Below are positions 1 through 12,230 of a stretch of 64,000 nucleotides of DNA, in pieces. A program made the translations under genes and the position numbers. The stretch comes from Mobula birostris. Its lineage: Eukaryota. How positions within the stretch are numbered: the stretch's first letter is position 1; each line of letters opens with the position of its first letter. The notes beneath the pieces are model-generated. The model saw only the letters and a program-made list of their open reading frames with translations. It was not told the DNA's origin and ran no database searches. The DNA lies in the NCBI RefSeq assembly GCF_030028105.1, contig NC_092375.1, forward strand, positions 37,237,130 to 37,301,129. Reading direction: 5' to 3'.

Positions 1-360
1 TCCCTCTGTCCCTCTGAATATACCTCTTGCCCATCCTCTGGGTCCCCCCCCCCCCTTGTCTTTCTTCCCGGACCTCCTGTCCCATGATCCTCTCGTATCC
101 CCTTTTGCCAATCACCTGTCCAGCTCTTGGCTCTATCCCTCCCCCTCCTGTCTTCTCCTATCATTTTGGATCTCCCCCTCCCCCTCCAACTTTCAAATCC
201 CTTACTCACTCTTCCTTCAGTTAGTCCTGACGAAGGGTCTCGGCCTGAAATGTCGACTGCATCTCTTCCTACAGATGCTGCCTGGCCTGCTGCGTTCACC
301 AGCAACTTTGATGTGTGTTGCTTGAATTTCCAGCATCTGCAGAATTCCTGTTGTTTGCGT
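1..360 (+). mobile_element. Penelope-like element (PLE) 3' pseudo-LTR, cut by the window edge
   Basis: Pyrimidine-rich tract followed by ttagtcctgacgaagggtctcggcctgaaatgtcgact. Near-identical to the 3' parts of the GIY-YIG-bearing copies at 4412-5131 and 45362-46150. Confidence 0.8.
222..259 (+). ncRNA. Minimal type I hammerhead ribozyme motif
   Basis: AGTC-CTGACGA-AGG gtctcgg CCT-GAAA-TGTC-GACT; the C after GAAA is T in this copy. Confidence 0.6.
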
Positions 361-699
361 AATTATTTTTTTTACCTCATTTGCTCAATTCAACTGCTCA
401 CCTCTGCATTTCTTCCTGCTATTTCAACTCAACATGTTTCTATTAAACAAATGTCAGTTAGTTGTAAATTACTTCAGATGCAAGTCAAGTCTGGAATGAT
501 GAACTCTCATTATGGTCTTGCTATTCAAATGTTTAAGGATAATTTCAGATTCTTATCAATGATGTTGAATAATTAGTTCTGATAGATGTGACCTCCCTGC
601 AGTGTTCTCAGTCAGATTTTCCCCATCTGTTTCTTCTGATGTTTTACTGTGTCAAATTCTTTGAAACAGTTTCAGACTTTCACTTCACCAGTACGATAT

Positions 700-1271
700 T
701 GTAACTCTCGGTTTTGCTAGTGGTTTAATCTAGGGGAAGACAGCCCTTGGCCAGGCCAAACTTAAGAAATCATGTTTGGGTGAATGCTGCACAATATGTC
801 CCCTGCTACAAATCAGTACCACAAAATAACAAACAGTACACAATATGCAATTAAATGATTGAGCTTTATAATTCTTAATTTGACTATATGTTTAGTAAAG
901 AAACAAAGAAAGGGCCCATTCTCATGAAACAGTCTAATGTGCAATGTTAGAGCTCAATGATAAGGCCGTTCGTTCACCATCAACCTCCTCCGATCGTCAC
1001 TGACCATCAGACCCTCGCTCCAAGTCCACTCTGTCCTGCAGTCTACCAACTCTCTCCATTCACGTCTTCTCTCCTCATCTCTCCCTGGAAAAAGACCTTA
1101 AAATATCTGCTCCCAGACCCACAAGAAAGAACAATATCCCTCTCATTGGATAGCCCCACATTCCAAAGCCCCTGTTATCTCTAGTCATAACCCAAATATT
1201 ACTGCTACAGAGAAACAATTAAGTTAGCAGTGAGACATTACATTAGCAGTGAAACCTTACAGCGTGTTACA
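700..1271 (-). repeat. 3' LTR of the Gypsy element (572 bp)
   Basis: Perfect inverted termini TGTAAC (700) and GTTACA (1271), directly next to the PPT. Confidence 0.85.
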
Positions 1272-1348
1272 CTCTCCCCCCCACCAAATTTAGTCATGTC
1301 TTCATGACATTGAGATAATTTGCCAACCCTTCCTGCAAAACACAAAGT

Positions 1349-3252
1349 CTAATCCAGGTGTAAAAGGCAGTGACATAGCTTCCCAACACAGTAGGGGTCA
1401 CACTCTTGTTCCCCTGGTGTTATGTAGGCCAACCTATCCGATGGTCTCCTAATTCTCTGAGACCTCCATACCCCCTCACCTAACTCTTCAGGCTCAGGCA
1501 CTACTGGGGATAATTCTGGTCTACCTGGTGAGGCCTCCCCCGACCTATCACTTGTTCCCACCTGCAACTCGGTCCCCTCTGTCCCGTGGCCAAGCCACAC
1601 TTCATCCCTTGCAAGGTCCTGCTGCAACCCAGGCTGACCACAGATAGTCACCCCACCCCCCCCCACTTCACCTGACTTAGCAGGAGAAGGGCTGGAAGTC
1701 TCTTCCTCAGTCAATGTGGAGTTAGCAAAAGGCAGCATACACCACACATCCAGGTCCTCATCCTCCGAATCAGTATCCCTCTCAGGGGTGGGGGCCGGCC
1801 TAACCTCACATGCTGTGGGCCCTGCAGTTGCCCCGTGTTTCTGCAGAGTCCTCTTACTAGGTGTAGGCTCCAAGTCGGGCTCTGGGTCTACCTGCACCTC
1901 TTGTCCCAGGGGCAACAGGTGGTTCCAATGCAGAATCTTGACAAGCCCCTTCCCCTCCTCTGGTTTCACCCAGAAAACTAGTGGGCTTGGCATTTGACTC
2001 TGCACCACATAGGGCTTAGCTGCCCAACGGTCCGCCAACTTATGTTTCCCAGGTAGCTCCAGATTCCTTATGAGGACCTGGTCTCCCAGCAGGAGTTGGG
2101 AGAGCCTCACCTTTTGATCATACCTCCTCTTACTTCCTTGATTCTGCCTGGCAGCCATGACCCCAGCTAATTCATAAGCCCTTTTCAGCTCTCTTCTCAT
2201 GTCAGACACACACTTCAGATAAGTCTTCGGTGGTAAGTCACCCTCGTCAGTCCCAAAACAAAGGTCAATGGGCAACCTCGCCTCACGCCCAAACATCAGA
2301 TAATATGGCGAGTATCCAGTAGCTTCATTTCGAGTACAGTTGTAACTGTGAACCAGATATCCAATATCCACTGGCACTTGCTGATCTCCAGGGTCCCGAG
2401 TATGTCAAGCAATGTCTGATTAAACCTCTCAGGCTGGGGATCACCCTGCGGATGATAGGGTGTGATCCTCAACTTCTCGACTCTAAGCATGCCCTGTAAC
2501 TCATGAATGAGTCTGCTCTCGAAATCCCATCCCTGATCATTATGTATCCACCTGGGAAGGCCATAATAAATAAAATACTTCTCCCATAACACTTTGGCCA
2601 CTGTTAGCACCCTCTGGTCCTTGGTAGGAAAAGCCTGTGCATATCTGCTGTAGTGGTCCGTGCTGACTAAGGCATTGATACTGGCATCTGGCTCTATTGA
2701 CAGGAAATCCATATACACCAGGTCCAGAGGCCCTGCACTCTGCAAGTGGGACAAAGGAGCTGCCTGCGTAGGCAGTGTCTTCCACCATACGCATCGAATG
2801 CACGACTTGCAGCATTCTTCAACCTTCAACTTCATTCGGGGCAAGTAAAACCGGTCTCTGAGCAATCCATAGGTCTATCCAACCCCAAAATGTCCAGAGT
2901 CATCATGAAGTGACTTCAACACAACCCTCTGATACTTCTCCAGCAGAACCAGCTGGCAACGCCCAGGTCGGTCCGATGTGACATGACCCAGTACAGGATT
3001 TGGTTCTGCAACACCAACCGAGGCCATTCTCTCAGTTATGGAGGCACTGCCACGTGGTTCATCTTCTCTGCCTGAGCCATTTCTTCCTTTCCAACTGCTG
3101 ACCAAATGATACCGATGCCCAGGTGGACTGGTTGAGCAGCTGCCGCTTCCCCCAGAACTCAATTCCAGCAGCTGATTTGTCTTCAGAGCAGTTTTTCTGA
3201 TCATTAAGGAAATCGTGGCAAAGATCTCTACTCTGGCAGTTGTAGGGTGCAT
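1349..3252 (-). pseudogene. Frameshifted Gypsy pol C-terminus (integrase)
   Basis: ORFs 2875-3252, 2296-2865 and 1349-2377 hold consecutive integrase blocks in different frames. Confidence 0.88.
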
Positions 3253-3608
3253 AGTGTCATTAGCCTACATTCCTCAACACATCATTTTAAGGGCATTGTA
3301 ATCTGGAGGCTCACGTAGAAAGATATTACCCACATTTTTGGTGTTACATGTTCAAATCTTCTTTCACCATTTCATTTCCCCTTGCTCCTATTGAGCCTCA
3401 GCTCTAGACAAGTACAGGAAAATGTAGTGAAATAAGCTCATTATCACATTACCTTGATTTTCAAATTCCTAAGCTATTGGCATGTCCTGAGATGGATCAA
3501 TATAAGGACAATAACTGGAATTGTAAATACAGTAATTAGTTACCAGTCCATAGATAAATACACACATAAAAATGCTGGTGAACGCAGCAGGCCAGGCAGC
3601 ATCTATAG

Positions 3609-4411
3609 TGTCACGTGACCGACAACAATGAATATAGAAATGAGTCAGGTTTTATAAAAACAATCAAACATTTATTGAACTCTGCTCAGTATAAAAAAAA
3701 TACGCAAACGAATATCTTAACCGGAAGTAAACTGCCATGCGGCCATTTAACAAACCGCCACTCAGTACTAGTTCTTAAAGTGGTAAATTCAAGCACAGTT
3801 CTTAGCATGGTAAATTTGAAAGTCCAAGAGATTTATACAGTCAATTAGGAGAGACTTTCTTGAAGTAAGAATTCCTCGAAGACACAACGTCACTGCCAAT
3901 CCCAGCCAGATCCTGCCTTGTCCGCAGGATTCACGGTGACAGAAATAAAACGGTTTAAAGGCACTGACCTTTCCCTTTGGATATTAGATACTGCACAGCC
4001 TTTTCTGCTGTTTTTAGCAGAAGCTATCTCATGCAGATCACTCTATCTTGAACAAATTCAATAATAGTCAATCCTATCCAAAACTGCTGAGCGACTCCAT
4101 CAGGTTCCCATCTTCACTCTCCAATATTACTGAAAAAATACATCAACAAACATGGCAGCGGTTGGTCAAACTGCTGGTCCAGCACTTTCGTTACTTACAA
4201 TATAACGTAAAACTCCGTTTTAAATCAAAACTGTGCCATAAGGCAAATACGCAGCGGAGCGGAGTCTGTGGCTAATGTCCTAACTGGAAAACCCCCCTGC
4301 GTCACCCCAGGGGTCATCACATGACCTCACGTCGGCGGGAAAATTACATTCCGCAAGACTATTACATCATCCTCATATGACAATCACAAAATATCCATGA
4401 AGTATGTAACA
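3609..4411 (-). mobile_element. Solo LTR (803 bp) with 4-bp target-site duplication
   Basis: TGTCAC...GTAACA termini; ATAG duplicated at 3605-3608 and 4412-4415; minus-strand AATAAA at 3671-3676, near its 3' end. Confidence 0.85.
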
Positions 4412-4425
4412 ATAGGAAGAGGTGC

Positions 4426-4461
4426 AGTCAACGTTTCAGGCCGAGACCCTTCATCAGGACT
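4426..4461 (-). ncRNA. Minimal type I hammerhead ribozyme motif
   Basis: Minus strand reads AGTC-CTGATGA-AGG gtctcgg CCT-GAAA-CGTT-GACT. Confidence 0.65.
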
Positions 4462-4690
4462 AACTGAAGGAACAGTTAGTAAGAGATTTGAAAGTGAGAG
4501 GGGGAGGGGGAGATCCAAAGTGATAGAAGACAGGAGGGGGAGGGATGGAGCCAAGAGCTGGACAGGTGATTGGCAAAAGGGATATGAGAGGATCATAGGA
4601 CGGGAGGCCTAGGGAGAAGGAAAAGGGGTAGGGGGGGAAAACCCAGAGGATGGGCAAGGGGTATAGTGAGAGGGACAGAGGGAGAAAAAT

Positions 4691-4693
<3 letters not shown>

Positions 4694-4738
<45 letters not shown>
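4694..4738. repeat. (AG)n microsatellite inside the PLE
   Basis: Uninterrupted AG run. Confidence 0.95.
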
Positions 4739-4741
<3 letters not shown>

Positions 4742-5225
4742 AATAAGGGATGGGGTACGAAGGGGAAATGGGGCATTAATGGAAGTTAGAGAAGTCACTG
4801 TTCATGCCATCAGGTTGGAGGCTACCCAGATGAAATATAAGGTGTTGTTCCTCCAACCTGAGTGTGGCTTCACCTTTACAGTAGAGGAGTCCATAGATAG
4901 AAATATCAGAATGGGAATGGGACGTGGAATTAAAATGTGTGGCCACTGGGAGATCCTGCTTTCTCTGGCAGACAGAGCATAAGTGTTCAGCAAAACGATC
5001 TCCCAGTCTGCGTCGGGTCTCGCCAATATATAGAAGGCCACATCGGGAGCACCGGACACAGTATATCACCCCAGCCGACTCACAGGTGAAGTGTTGCCTC
5101 ACCTGGAAGGACTGTCTGGGGCCCTGAATGGGGCCATGATGTTGTGCCATTGATCCCTGAATAACTCCTACAAAAAGTTTTTTACGACCTGTTTATAAGG
5201 CTCTCACATAATCTTAATAAAAGCA

Positions 5226-6178
5226 ATGGTTAAAAGGAGAAATCGTGGAAATCCTACTGGCGCTGTCGCTGCCGGCCTTGCACTCCTGGGACTGTCTGGA
5301 GTTGAGGGACGTGGGAGAAATGGAGATGAGGCCTGCTCGTCGGATAGTTCCTCTGAGCCTGCGGAGGATCCGAGGACGGCAGCCGTGCGACGCGATGACG
5401 GCTCAGGTAGTGACCTCGCAGCTGCGATTCATGAGTTGGCCGATGCAGTCCGGACTTTAACTGGTAGGATGGACAAATTAGAGAGTCATTTAGACCTTAT
5501 CATGCAAGAATCTAAGGAAATGAAGCAGACTTTGGAATCTTTAAATTTGCGAACCCAGGATTTAGAAAATAATATGAAGGATGTTGTGAATAGATGACAA
5601 AGACTGGAAAAAGAAAAAGATTCCTGGAGAACTGAGAAGGTAAAAATAATGGATAAACTGGACTCCCTTGAAAACTATAGCAGAAGAAATAATATCAAAA
5701 TAGTGGGTTTAAAAGAGGGATTGGAAGGAAGAGACACAATAACTTTCTTTCAAGAATGGATCCCCAAAGTTCTGGGGAAAAAGCATTTTGACAAAGAATT
5801 AATTATAGAAAGAGCCCACAGGACTTCAACCCCCGAGCAACTCCAGAGCAAAGGCCGCGCTCTATACTTCTACGCTTTTTGAAGTATCAAGATAAACAAA
5901 AAGTATTACGAGCTGCAGCAATAGAAGCCAGAGAGAGAAATGGCCTACTAGAGTTTGAAGGGAGAAAGATATTCTTCTTTCCAGATATTAGTGTAGCCTT
6001 GTTAAGAAAAAGGAAAGACTTTGACTTAACAAGGAGGTTATTAAAGAATAAAGGTCTTCAATATTCTTTACTGTATCCAGCAAAGCTGAGAATTACTCTA
6101 TTGGATGGAGGGAGGAAATTTTTTACTAACCCTCAGGAAGCGATAAACTTTATTCAAAAAATATCTGAGACATTGTGA
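5226..6178 (+). pseudogene. L1-clade LINE ORF1 remnant with one premature stop and one frameshift; no ORF2 follows
   Basis: Coiled coil, then LENYSRRNNIKIVG, IERAHR, RPRSILLRFLKYQDK, FFPDIS, YSLLYPAKLRI. TGA at 5595-5597; frameshift near 5850. Confidence 0.9.
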
Positions 6179-6654
6179 TTCAGAATATTCTTCTGGAACA
6201 ACAGGCCTAGAAAAATATATTTTGGACAAAATATATGAAGGAAATTATTTGATTTTCTTCATTAATATAGATTTATTTTAATAACATTATAATCTTGAAC
6301 TTCGAATCTATATGATTATGGATGAAGACTATTATGATTTAAAATATTGATTATGGATGGTCTTTTTGAATTATACTACTTAGGAACTATATAGTTCATT
6401 TAATTTTGTTATAACTAGCATAATGGGTCACTGTTCTGCTATTCCCTGAAGCAGCAACTGCTGAACGTCAGTACCATTGTCATGTCTGTGACTCATTAGT
6501 GCTGCTGCTTTCAAAAGCAAATAACAGAGATAGACCTATCATAGAACCTTTTATGAAAGGGAGTAAACCCTCAATCAATGCTAATGCCTGATATAACAAT
6601 ATATCAGAAGGTATGACATGTGGCACAGTTGGTTCTCAAAGGTACACTTAGAGT

Positions 6655-8200
6655 TTTAGAGCACTACAGTACAGAAATAAGCCCTTTGGCCCATCCAGCT
6701 ATGACAACCTAGGTGTTTTCTGCCTAGTCCCATCTACCTGCACCCAGACCATAGGCCTCCACACCCCTCTCATCCATGTATAGTACCTAACCAAACTTCT
6801 CTTAAATGTTGCAATTGAACCTGCTTCTACCACCTCCACTGGCAACTCGTTTCACAGTTGCTCCACCCTCTGAGCAAAGAAGTTTCCCCTCAGATTTCCC
6901 TTAAATATTTCATCTCCCCCCCCGCCCCAAATCTAAGACCTCTAGATCTAGTCTCACTGAACCTCAGGGGATAAAACCTGCATGTATTTACCCTTTCTGT
7001 ACACCTTATGAAATTGTATACTTCTATAAGATCTTCCCTCATTCTGCTATGCCCCAGGGAATAAAGACCTAACTTTTTCAACGTTTTGCCCTAACTGAGG
7101 TCCTCAGTTCCTGGCACCATCCTTGTCAATTTTATCTGCACTCTTTTAAGCTTATTGATATCTTTCCTGTAGGCAGGTGATCAGAAATGAACGCTCTATT
7201 CCAAATTTTTCCTCAGCAACATCTTATACAACTTCAAAATAACATCCCAGCTCCTGTACTCAACGTTCTGATTTATGAAGGCCAATGCACCAAAAGCTCT
7301 CTTTAGTCATAGTCACAGTCATAGTCATAGTCATACTTTATATATAGATAGATAGATAGATATACTTTATTAATCCGGAGGGAAATTTGGTTTCGTTACA
7401 GCCGCACCAACCAAGAATAGAGCGTAAATATAGCAATACAAAAACCACAAACAATCAAACAACAAAATGCAAATTGATCCCAGGGGGAAATTGGTTTTCA
7501 TTACAGTTGCACCATAAATAATAAATAGTAATAAAACCATAAATAGTTAAATAGTAATAGTAAATTATGCCAGGAAATTATGAAATAAGTCCAGGACCAG
7601 CCTATTGGCACAGGGTGTCTGACCCTCCAAGGGAGGAGTTGTAAAGTTTGATGGCCACAGGCAGGAATGACTTCCTATGACGCTCTGTGTTGCATCTCGG
7701 TGGAATGAGTCTCTGGCTGAATGTACTCCTGTGCCCAACCAGTACATTATGTAGTGGATGGGAGACATTGTCCAAGATGGCATGCAACTTAGACAGCATC
7801 CCCTTTTCAGACACCACCATGAAAGAGTCCAGTTCCATCCCCACAACATCACTGGCCTTATGAATGAGCAACTGTAACCGGCTACATGCTCGACCGGCGC
7901 ATGCGCACAAGCCGCTTTATGACCCTATCTACCTGTAACAACAGTTTCAAGGAATTATGTATCGCTAGTCCCAGGTCTCTTTGTTCTGAGGCACACCACA
8001 GTGCCCTTCTATTCACTGTGCAAGTTCTACTCTGGTTTGTCTTGCCAAACTGCAACACCTCATACTTGTCTGCATTAAATTCCACCTGCCATTTCCCCAG
8101 CTGGTCCAGACCATTCTGCAATCTTTGATAGTCTTCCTTGCTCTCTACTATGCCCCCAATCCTGGTGTTGCCTCTAAATTTGCTGATCCAGCTAGATGAT
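6655..8200 (-). mobile_element. CR1 LINE 3' fragment interrupted by a Rex1-type insert
   Basis: RT C-terminal motifs (QVEFNADKYEVLQFG, LGLYSLGHSRMREDLIEVY). The sequence rejoins across 7306-7914. Confidence 0.85.
7306..7914 (-). mobile_element. Rex1/Babar-type LINE 3' end with CTTTA TSD and simple-repeat tail
   Basis: HPLHNVLVGHRSTFSQRLIPPRCNTERHRKSFLPVAIKLYN; CTTTA at 7301-7305 and 7915-7919; (AGTCAT)n and (TAGA)n tail. Confidence 0.8.
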
Positions 8201-8519
8201 AAACAGCATTCACGCTAAACACTTATGCTTACAAGCATTCCATTAAAGATTTTAGATAGAAGGAAAAGTAGAACAGGGTAGGTTATTTTAGGATTGAGAG
8301 GGGAAAAATATGACAGACCAGAGGACTATATAATGAATTTCTGATGCAGCTCAGGAAAATTTATGTTGAAAATGAGAAGACACATTTACAAATTTGGAAA
8401 GGTAAAAGGAACACTGATAAAATAGGTAAGCAAGCAGAGATTGTAATGACTGGTAGAGACAAATTTTCAGCTGTTACAACTTCGGAAAGAAAAATTGGTT
8501 GAAATTTATAACAATCTGC

Positions 8520-8947
8520 TACAGAGAGCTTTCTGACAGGCTACATCACTGTCTGGGTATGGGGGGGGGGGGGGTGTGGGTAGTTGCTACTGCACAGGAC
8601 CGAAAGAGGCTGGCTGTAGAGGGTTGTAAATATAGTCGGTTCCATCATGGATACTAGCCTACAAAGTACCCAAGACATCTTCAAGGAGCAGGGTCTCAGA
8701 AAGGCAGCGTCCATTATTAAGGACCCTCAGCGCCCAGGACATGTCATTTTCTCACTGTCACTATCAGGTAGGAGGTACAGAAGCCTGAAGGCACACACAC
8801 AGCAATTGAAGAACAGCTTCTCCCCTTCTGCCGTCAAATTCCTAAATGGACATTGAACCCTTGAACACCACCTCACTTTTAAAAATATATATTACTTCTG
8901 ATTTAAATCTATTTAAAATATGTATACTGTAATTTATTTATTTATTT
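8520..8947 (+). mobile_element. Rex1/Babar-type LINE 3' end
   Basis: KAASIIKDPQRPGHVIFSLSLSGRRYRSLKAHTQQLKNSFSPSAVKFLN, followed by a (TATT)n tail. Confidence 0.8.
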
Positions 8948-9730
8948 AAGGTTCAAGGGTCCAATTTAATGTCAGAGAAATGTATACAATATACATCCTG
9001 AAATGCTTTTTCATCGCAACCATCCACAAAAACAGAGAAGTGCCCCAAAGAATGAACGACAGTGAAACGTGAGAACCCCAAAGTCCCCCCAGCTCCCCTC
9101 CCTCCCGTGCATAAGCAGCGGCGAGCAACAATTTCCCCCCTACCCCCACCAGCGGAAAAAAAGCATCGGCAATCGCTACCGAGCACTCAAGTGTGAGCAA
9201 AGCAATAGCAAAGATACAGACTTGCAGTTACCCTAAAGACTTCGCATTTCACCTGGCACTTGACATACCACAGGCTCGCCCTCTCCCTAATAAGGGAGAA
9301 AGAGGTGGCTCCATTTTCCCAGCAAGCTGGTTTACGATGTTAAAAGTGCGTTATGTCACTTTTTTCGAGCTCTGTGTCTGAAGATCTCAAAGATCCTGGG
9401 TCTTCAGGCCCACAGCAGTAGATTTTCTGACTCCCCTGATGACACATGACACCGTGACACCGACCCTCAATCCGCCTGTCTTCAGAGTCCTGAGATCTCA
9501 GGCTTCCAAATCCGAGCTGGACTCTTAGGCTGAACCCTTGGTGTGCCGAACAACGGCCAGTCCTTAAACCCCGAGAAATGGGGCCCATTCCCACAAAGGA
9601 CCAAAGTCAGCGTGTAACTCCAGGTCAGGGTCTTCAATAGAACCCTGCAAGGGGTAAAATAAAGATATTAAAGATGGAAATAGAGCTGTTTCTGAAGATG
9701 CAAGCAAAGGAGTTGCCGTTCAGCACCAAC
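8948..9730 (-). repeat. Unclassified interspersed repeat, related copy at about 38761-39730
   Basis: Shared blocks ttcaa..caatttaat.tcagaga.atgtatac / catccacaaaa / gaaccccaaagt in both places; no coding signature seen. Confidence 0.5.
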
Positions 9731-11286
9731 TTAACTTCGTTCCACCTCCTCTATTTATTTATTTATTCTTCTTCTATTTTATGTATTGCATTGAACTGCT
9801 GCTGCTAAGTTAACAAATTTCACGGTATGTGCCGGTGATAATAAGCCTGGTTCTGAACCCGAGACCATTTCTTAACCATTGTTGATATTAAGACTGTCTC
9901 CTTTGGATAACCCAAGACCTGATGCTAGCTGTAGAGCTCTCTCCCTCTATTGCCTTAATGCTGATTCACTTAAGGGCTGAGAATTCATGCTGAGTAAATT
10001 CCAAAATAAATTGAAAGTCAAAGTAACAGCAAAACAGAAGAAAACCTGATAGGTAATGGGCTAGAAGTTCTGCCACTGAGTTCAAATCTATTCTGAAGAT
10101 TGAAATTCAAATCAATAGATCTGAGGATTTGTAGATTAAATATGGAACAAGTTTCCACAAACTCTGCCGGGTGTAAAAATTCCTCAAATTTCAGAAGCAT
10201 CTTTAGCGAAGACAGCTCACCTTTACCACCCCGGTTTGGTTACATCCGGGGTTACTTTATATTATATCAAAGGATGTGGGTTTCACAGGCTGAGAATTGT
10301 CTAAATCGTTGCTTTTGAGAAGGCGGTACTGAGCGGCCTTCTGGAACCACTCAGTCCTTGCAGGTATATACACCCACTATGTTGCTAGGGAGCTAACTCT
10401 CCTCGGAAAATGATTGGACTTGGTCTTTTCATAACCAGCACCCTGGTTCAACAGAAGATTAACACAAGACTTCATCCTCACATGACAACAATTCATCAGA
10501 ACAACCCAACCTTCACTGCCAACTCATATCTGTATTCTCAATTTGCCACATTGTTCAGAACACCAGTTGTTCAGTCAAACCCACACACTTGCCCTGCCAG
10601 TGAGTAAGGTCACAGCTGATCTGCTTCCTCAACCACGCTTTTTCATTTCACCCCCGTACTCCAGAATGTAACTTCCACCTACTCATAAGATTGGGGCACA
10701 TGATAGCTTAGTGCAAAGCTTTTACAGGGTTGCTGCTCAGAGAGCCGGAAGGGCCTGTCCCATGCTGTATCTCTAAGTAAATAAAATATTGCGAAGAAGG
10801 GTTAAACGATATCTAATTTCTCTGCCATTGTCGTTAGTTGATGCCTTGCACAGTTTTCCTGCTCTTCTACCGGGCTGTGCTCCAGTGTCACTCTGTACAC
10901 GCTAAGGATCCCACAGCATTGCCTTCGTCAACCTATGCTGACAGGCTCCAGATTTCAATGTACTGTGGCCCTCGCCCAAAGAGACTTGACGGTCTCCACA
11001 ACTACAAATAGAACTCTGGAGGTATGGTTATTCACTACTTTGCTTTGGAAGTTTTAAAAACAGGCACACATTAACTATCTCGATGACCTATTTTATAACA
11101 ATCTCATAATCAGCAAAAGTAAAGCTCTCTGCAAAATGACATGCAAACAGATTAGTAAAACACATGAACATTTGGTGATTTACTTAGATTGGATCTGTCA
11201 TGGTGTTTTGCCAGATAAATTGTGTTATTAAAAAGGAGTTTCAAAATCTTGGTAATGCTGTTGTTTGGTATATAGTGTAGGCACTA

Positions 11287-11800
11287 TATGGGGAGTATGG
11301 GGTGTCAGGGAGGGGTAGCACCTCTGGTGGGGGAACATGTCGCGTCCCTTTCAATGCGGTTGGTCCACCTTTGGTCCCACCTGGCACTCAGCTCTCACCT
11401 GTGGCTCCCCGTAGCTGTTTGCATGCGACAGCGGCCACACCCCGGGCAACAGCTTCGACAAGCCGGCTAAACCAGGTGAGGGTAGCCGATGGGTCTCAAA
11501 TCCTCGGTGAGATAGGGAGTTGCCTATCCCAGCATGTGAAGACAGACTCCGGCGGATTGAGTGGACGAGAACAATGGAAGGTCCAACGGTCAAGAAGGCG
11601 GTCTCTGCAAGCGTCGTGGAACGTGTAGAGCACGACAAGACACAGAAGACATCTTGGTTATCCACTGCGCCTAGTCCCATCTCCAGCTGTCTAGACTCTG
11701 TCTTGCCACTGGATCCAGATGGGAATTGGGAAGAGAGAGTGAGTCTGATGCTACGCAACTCTCCCTCACTTAAATCCAAATCAACCGCTAGTCTTGACAC
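11287..11800 (+). mobile_element. Probable RTE-type LINE 5' region
   Basis: GC-rich non-coding block ending in tacgcaactctccctcacttaaatcc. Recognised by resemblance only. Confidence 0.4.
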
Positions 11801-11811
11801 CATCAAGCCAG

Positions 11812-11945
11812 CTGGTGGCACAGTGACATCAGCGCCGGACTCCAGAGCGAAGGTTCCTGAGTTCAAATCCAGTCGGGTCGCTCCCGGGCACGTTTTCCAT
11901 CCGTACCAGGTTGAGTGTTGAGCTAGCAACTCAGCCTCATAAAAA
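11812..11945 (+). mobile_element. tRNA-derived SINE
   Basis: A-box-like ggtggcacagtg, B-box-like gagttcaaatcc, and an A-rich end. Confidence 0.55.
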
Positions 11946-11984
11946 ACTACTAATGGTGTCGAGGTCTTCATCGATTAAATTTTT

Positions 11985-12230
11985 TTTTAGATTAGATTAT
12001 GAGGACACTCAGTCCTTGTTTATTGTCATTTAGAAATGCATGCATTAAGAAATGATACAACGTTCCTCCAGAATGATATTACAAGAAAATACAGGACAAA
12101 CCAAGACAAAAACTGACAAATCCACATAATTATAACATATAGTTACAACAGTGCAAAGCAATACCATAATTTGATAAAGAGCAGACCATGGGCACGGTGA
12201 AAAAAAGTCTCCAAGTCCCAATGACAATGG
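11985..12230 (-). repeat. Interspersed retroposon 3' tail, second copy at about 37990-38212 (+)
   Basis: Near-identical reverse-complement match between the two loci, ending in a (TAATC)n-like tail. Confidence 0.7.

Larger units (their letters stand above)
700..3255 (-). mobile_element. 5'-truncated Gypsy/Ty3 LTR retrotransposon (integrase region, PPT and 3' LTR)
   Basis: Integrase HHCC and core motifs spread over three frameshifted ORFs (SLHDDSGHFG, RDRFYLPRM, MDFLSIEPD, DHYSRYAQAFPT, HNDQGWDFES, TPYHPQGDPQPERFNQTL, GYSPYYLMFGREARLP). Polypurine tract at 1272-1282 abuts the LTR. Confidence 0.92.
3560..5131 (-). mobile_element. PLE fragment (GIY-YIG endonuclease and pseudo-LTR), split by a solo LTR
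   Basis: ORF 4776-5150 encodes HFTCESAGVIYCVRCSRCGLLYIGETRRRLGDRFAEH (GIY-YIG-type). The two halves rejoin across 3609-4411 as gcatctATAGgaagagg. Confidence 0.9.

Noticed and set aside
1349-2377. Domesticated Gypsy integrase gene (342-aa ORF)
   Set aside because: The catalytic core is split by frameshifts from the upstream ORFs, and the PPT and LTR remain attached, consistent with an ordinary decaying element.
4397-4798. SLSLSL/PPPP-rich and GR-rich ORFs (also at 27-576, 45358-45790 and 46048-46630)
   Set aside because: They are translations of PLE pyrimidine tracts and microsatellites, repeated in every copy.
10854-11021. 168-nt exon-like segment with AG/GT ends
   Set aside because: The translation resembles nothing I recognise and there are no partner exons; left unresolved.
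11351-11971. 206-aa minus-strand ORF as a gene
   Set aside because: It lies antisense across a GC-rich retroposon segment and a SINE; no domain motifs.
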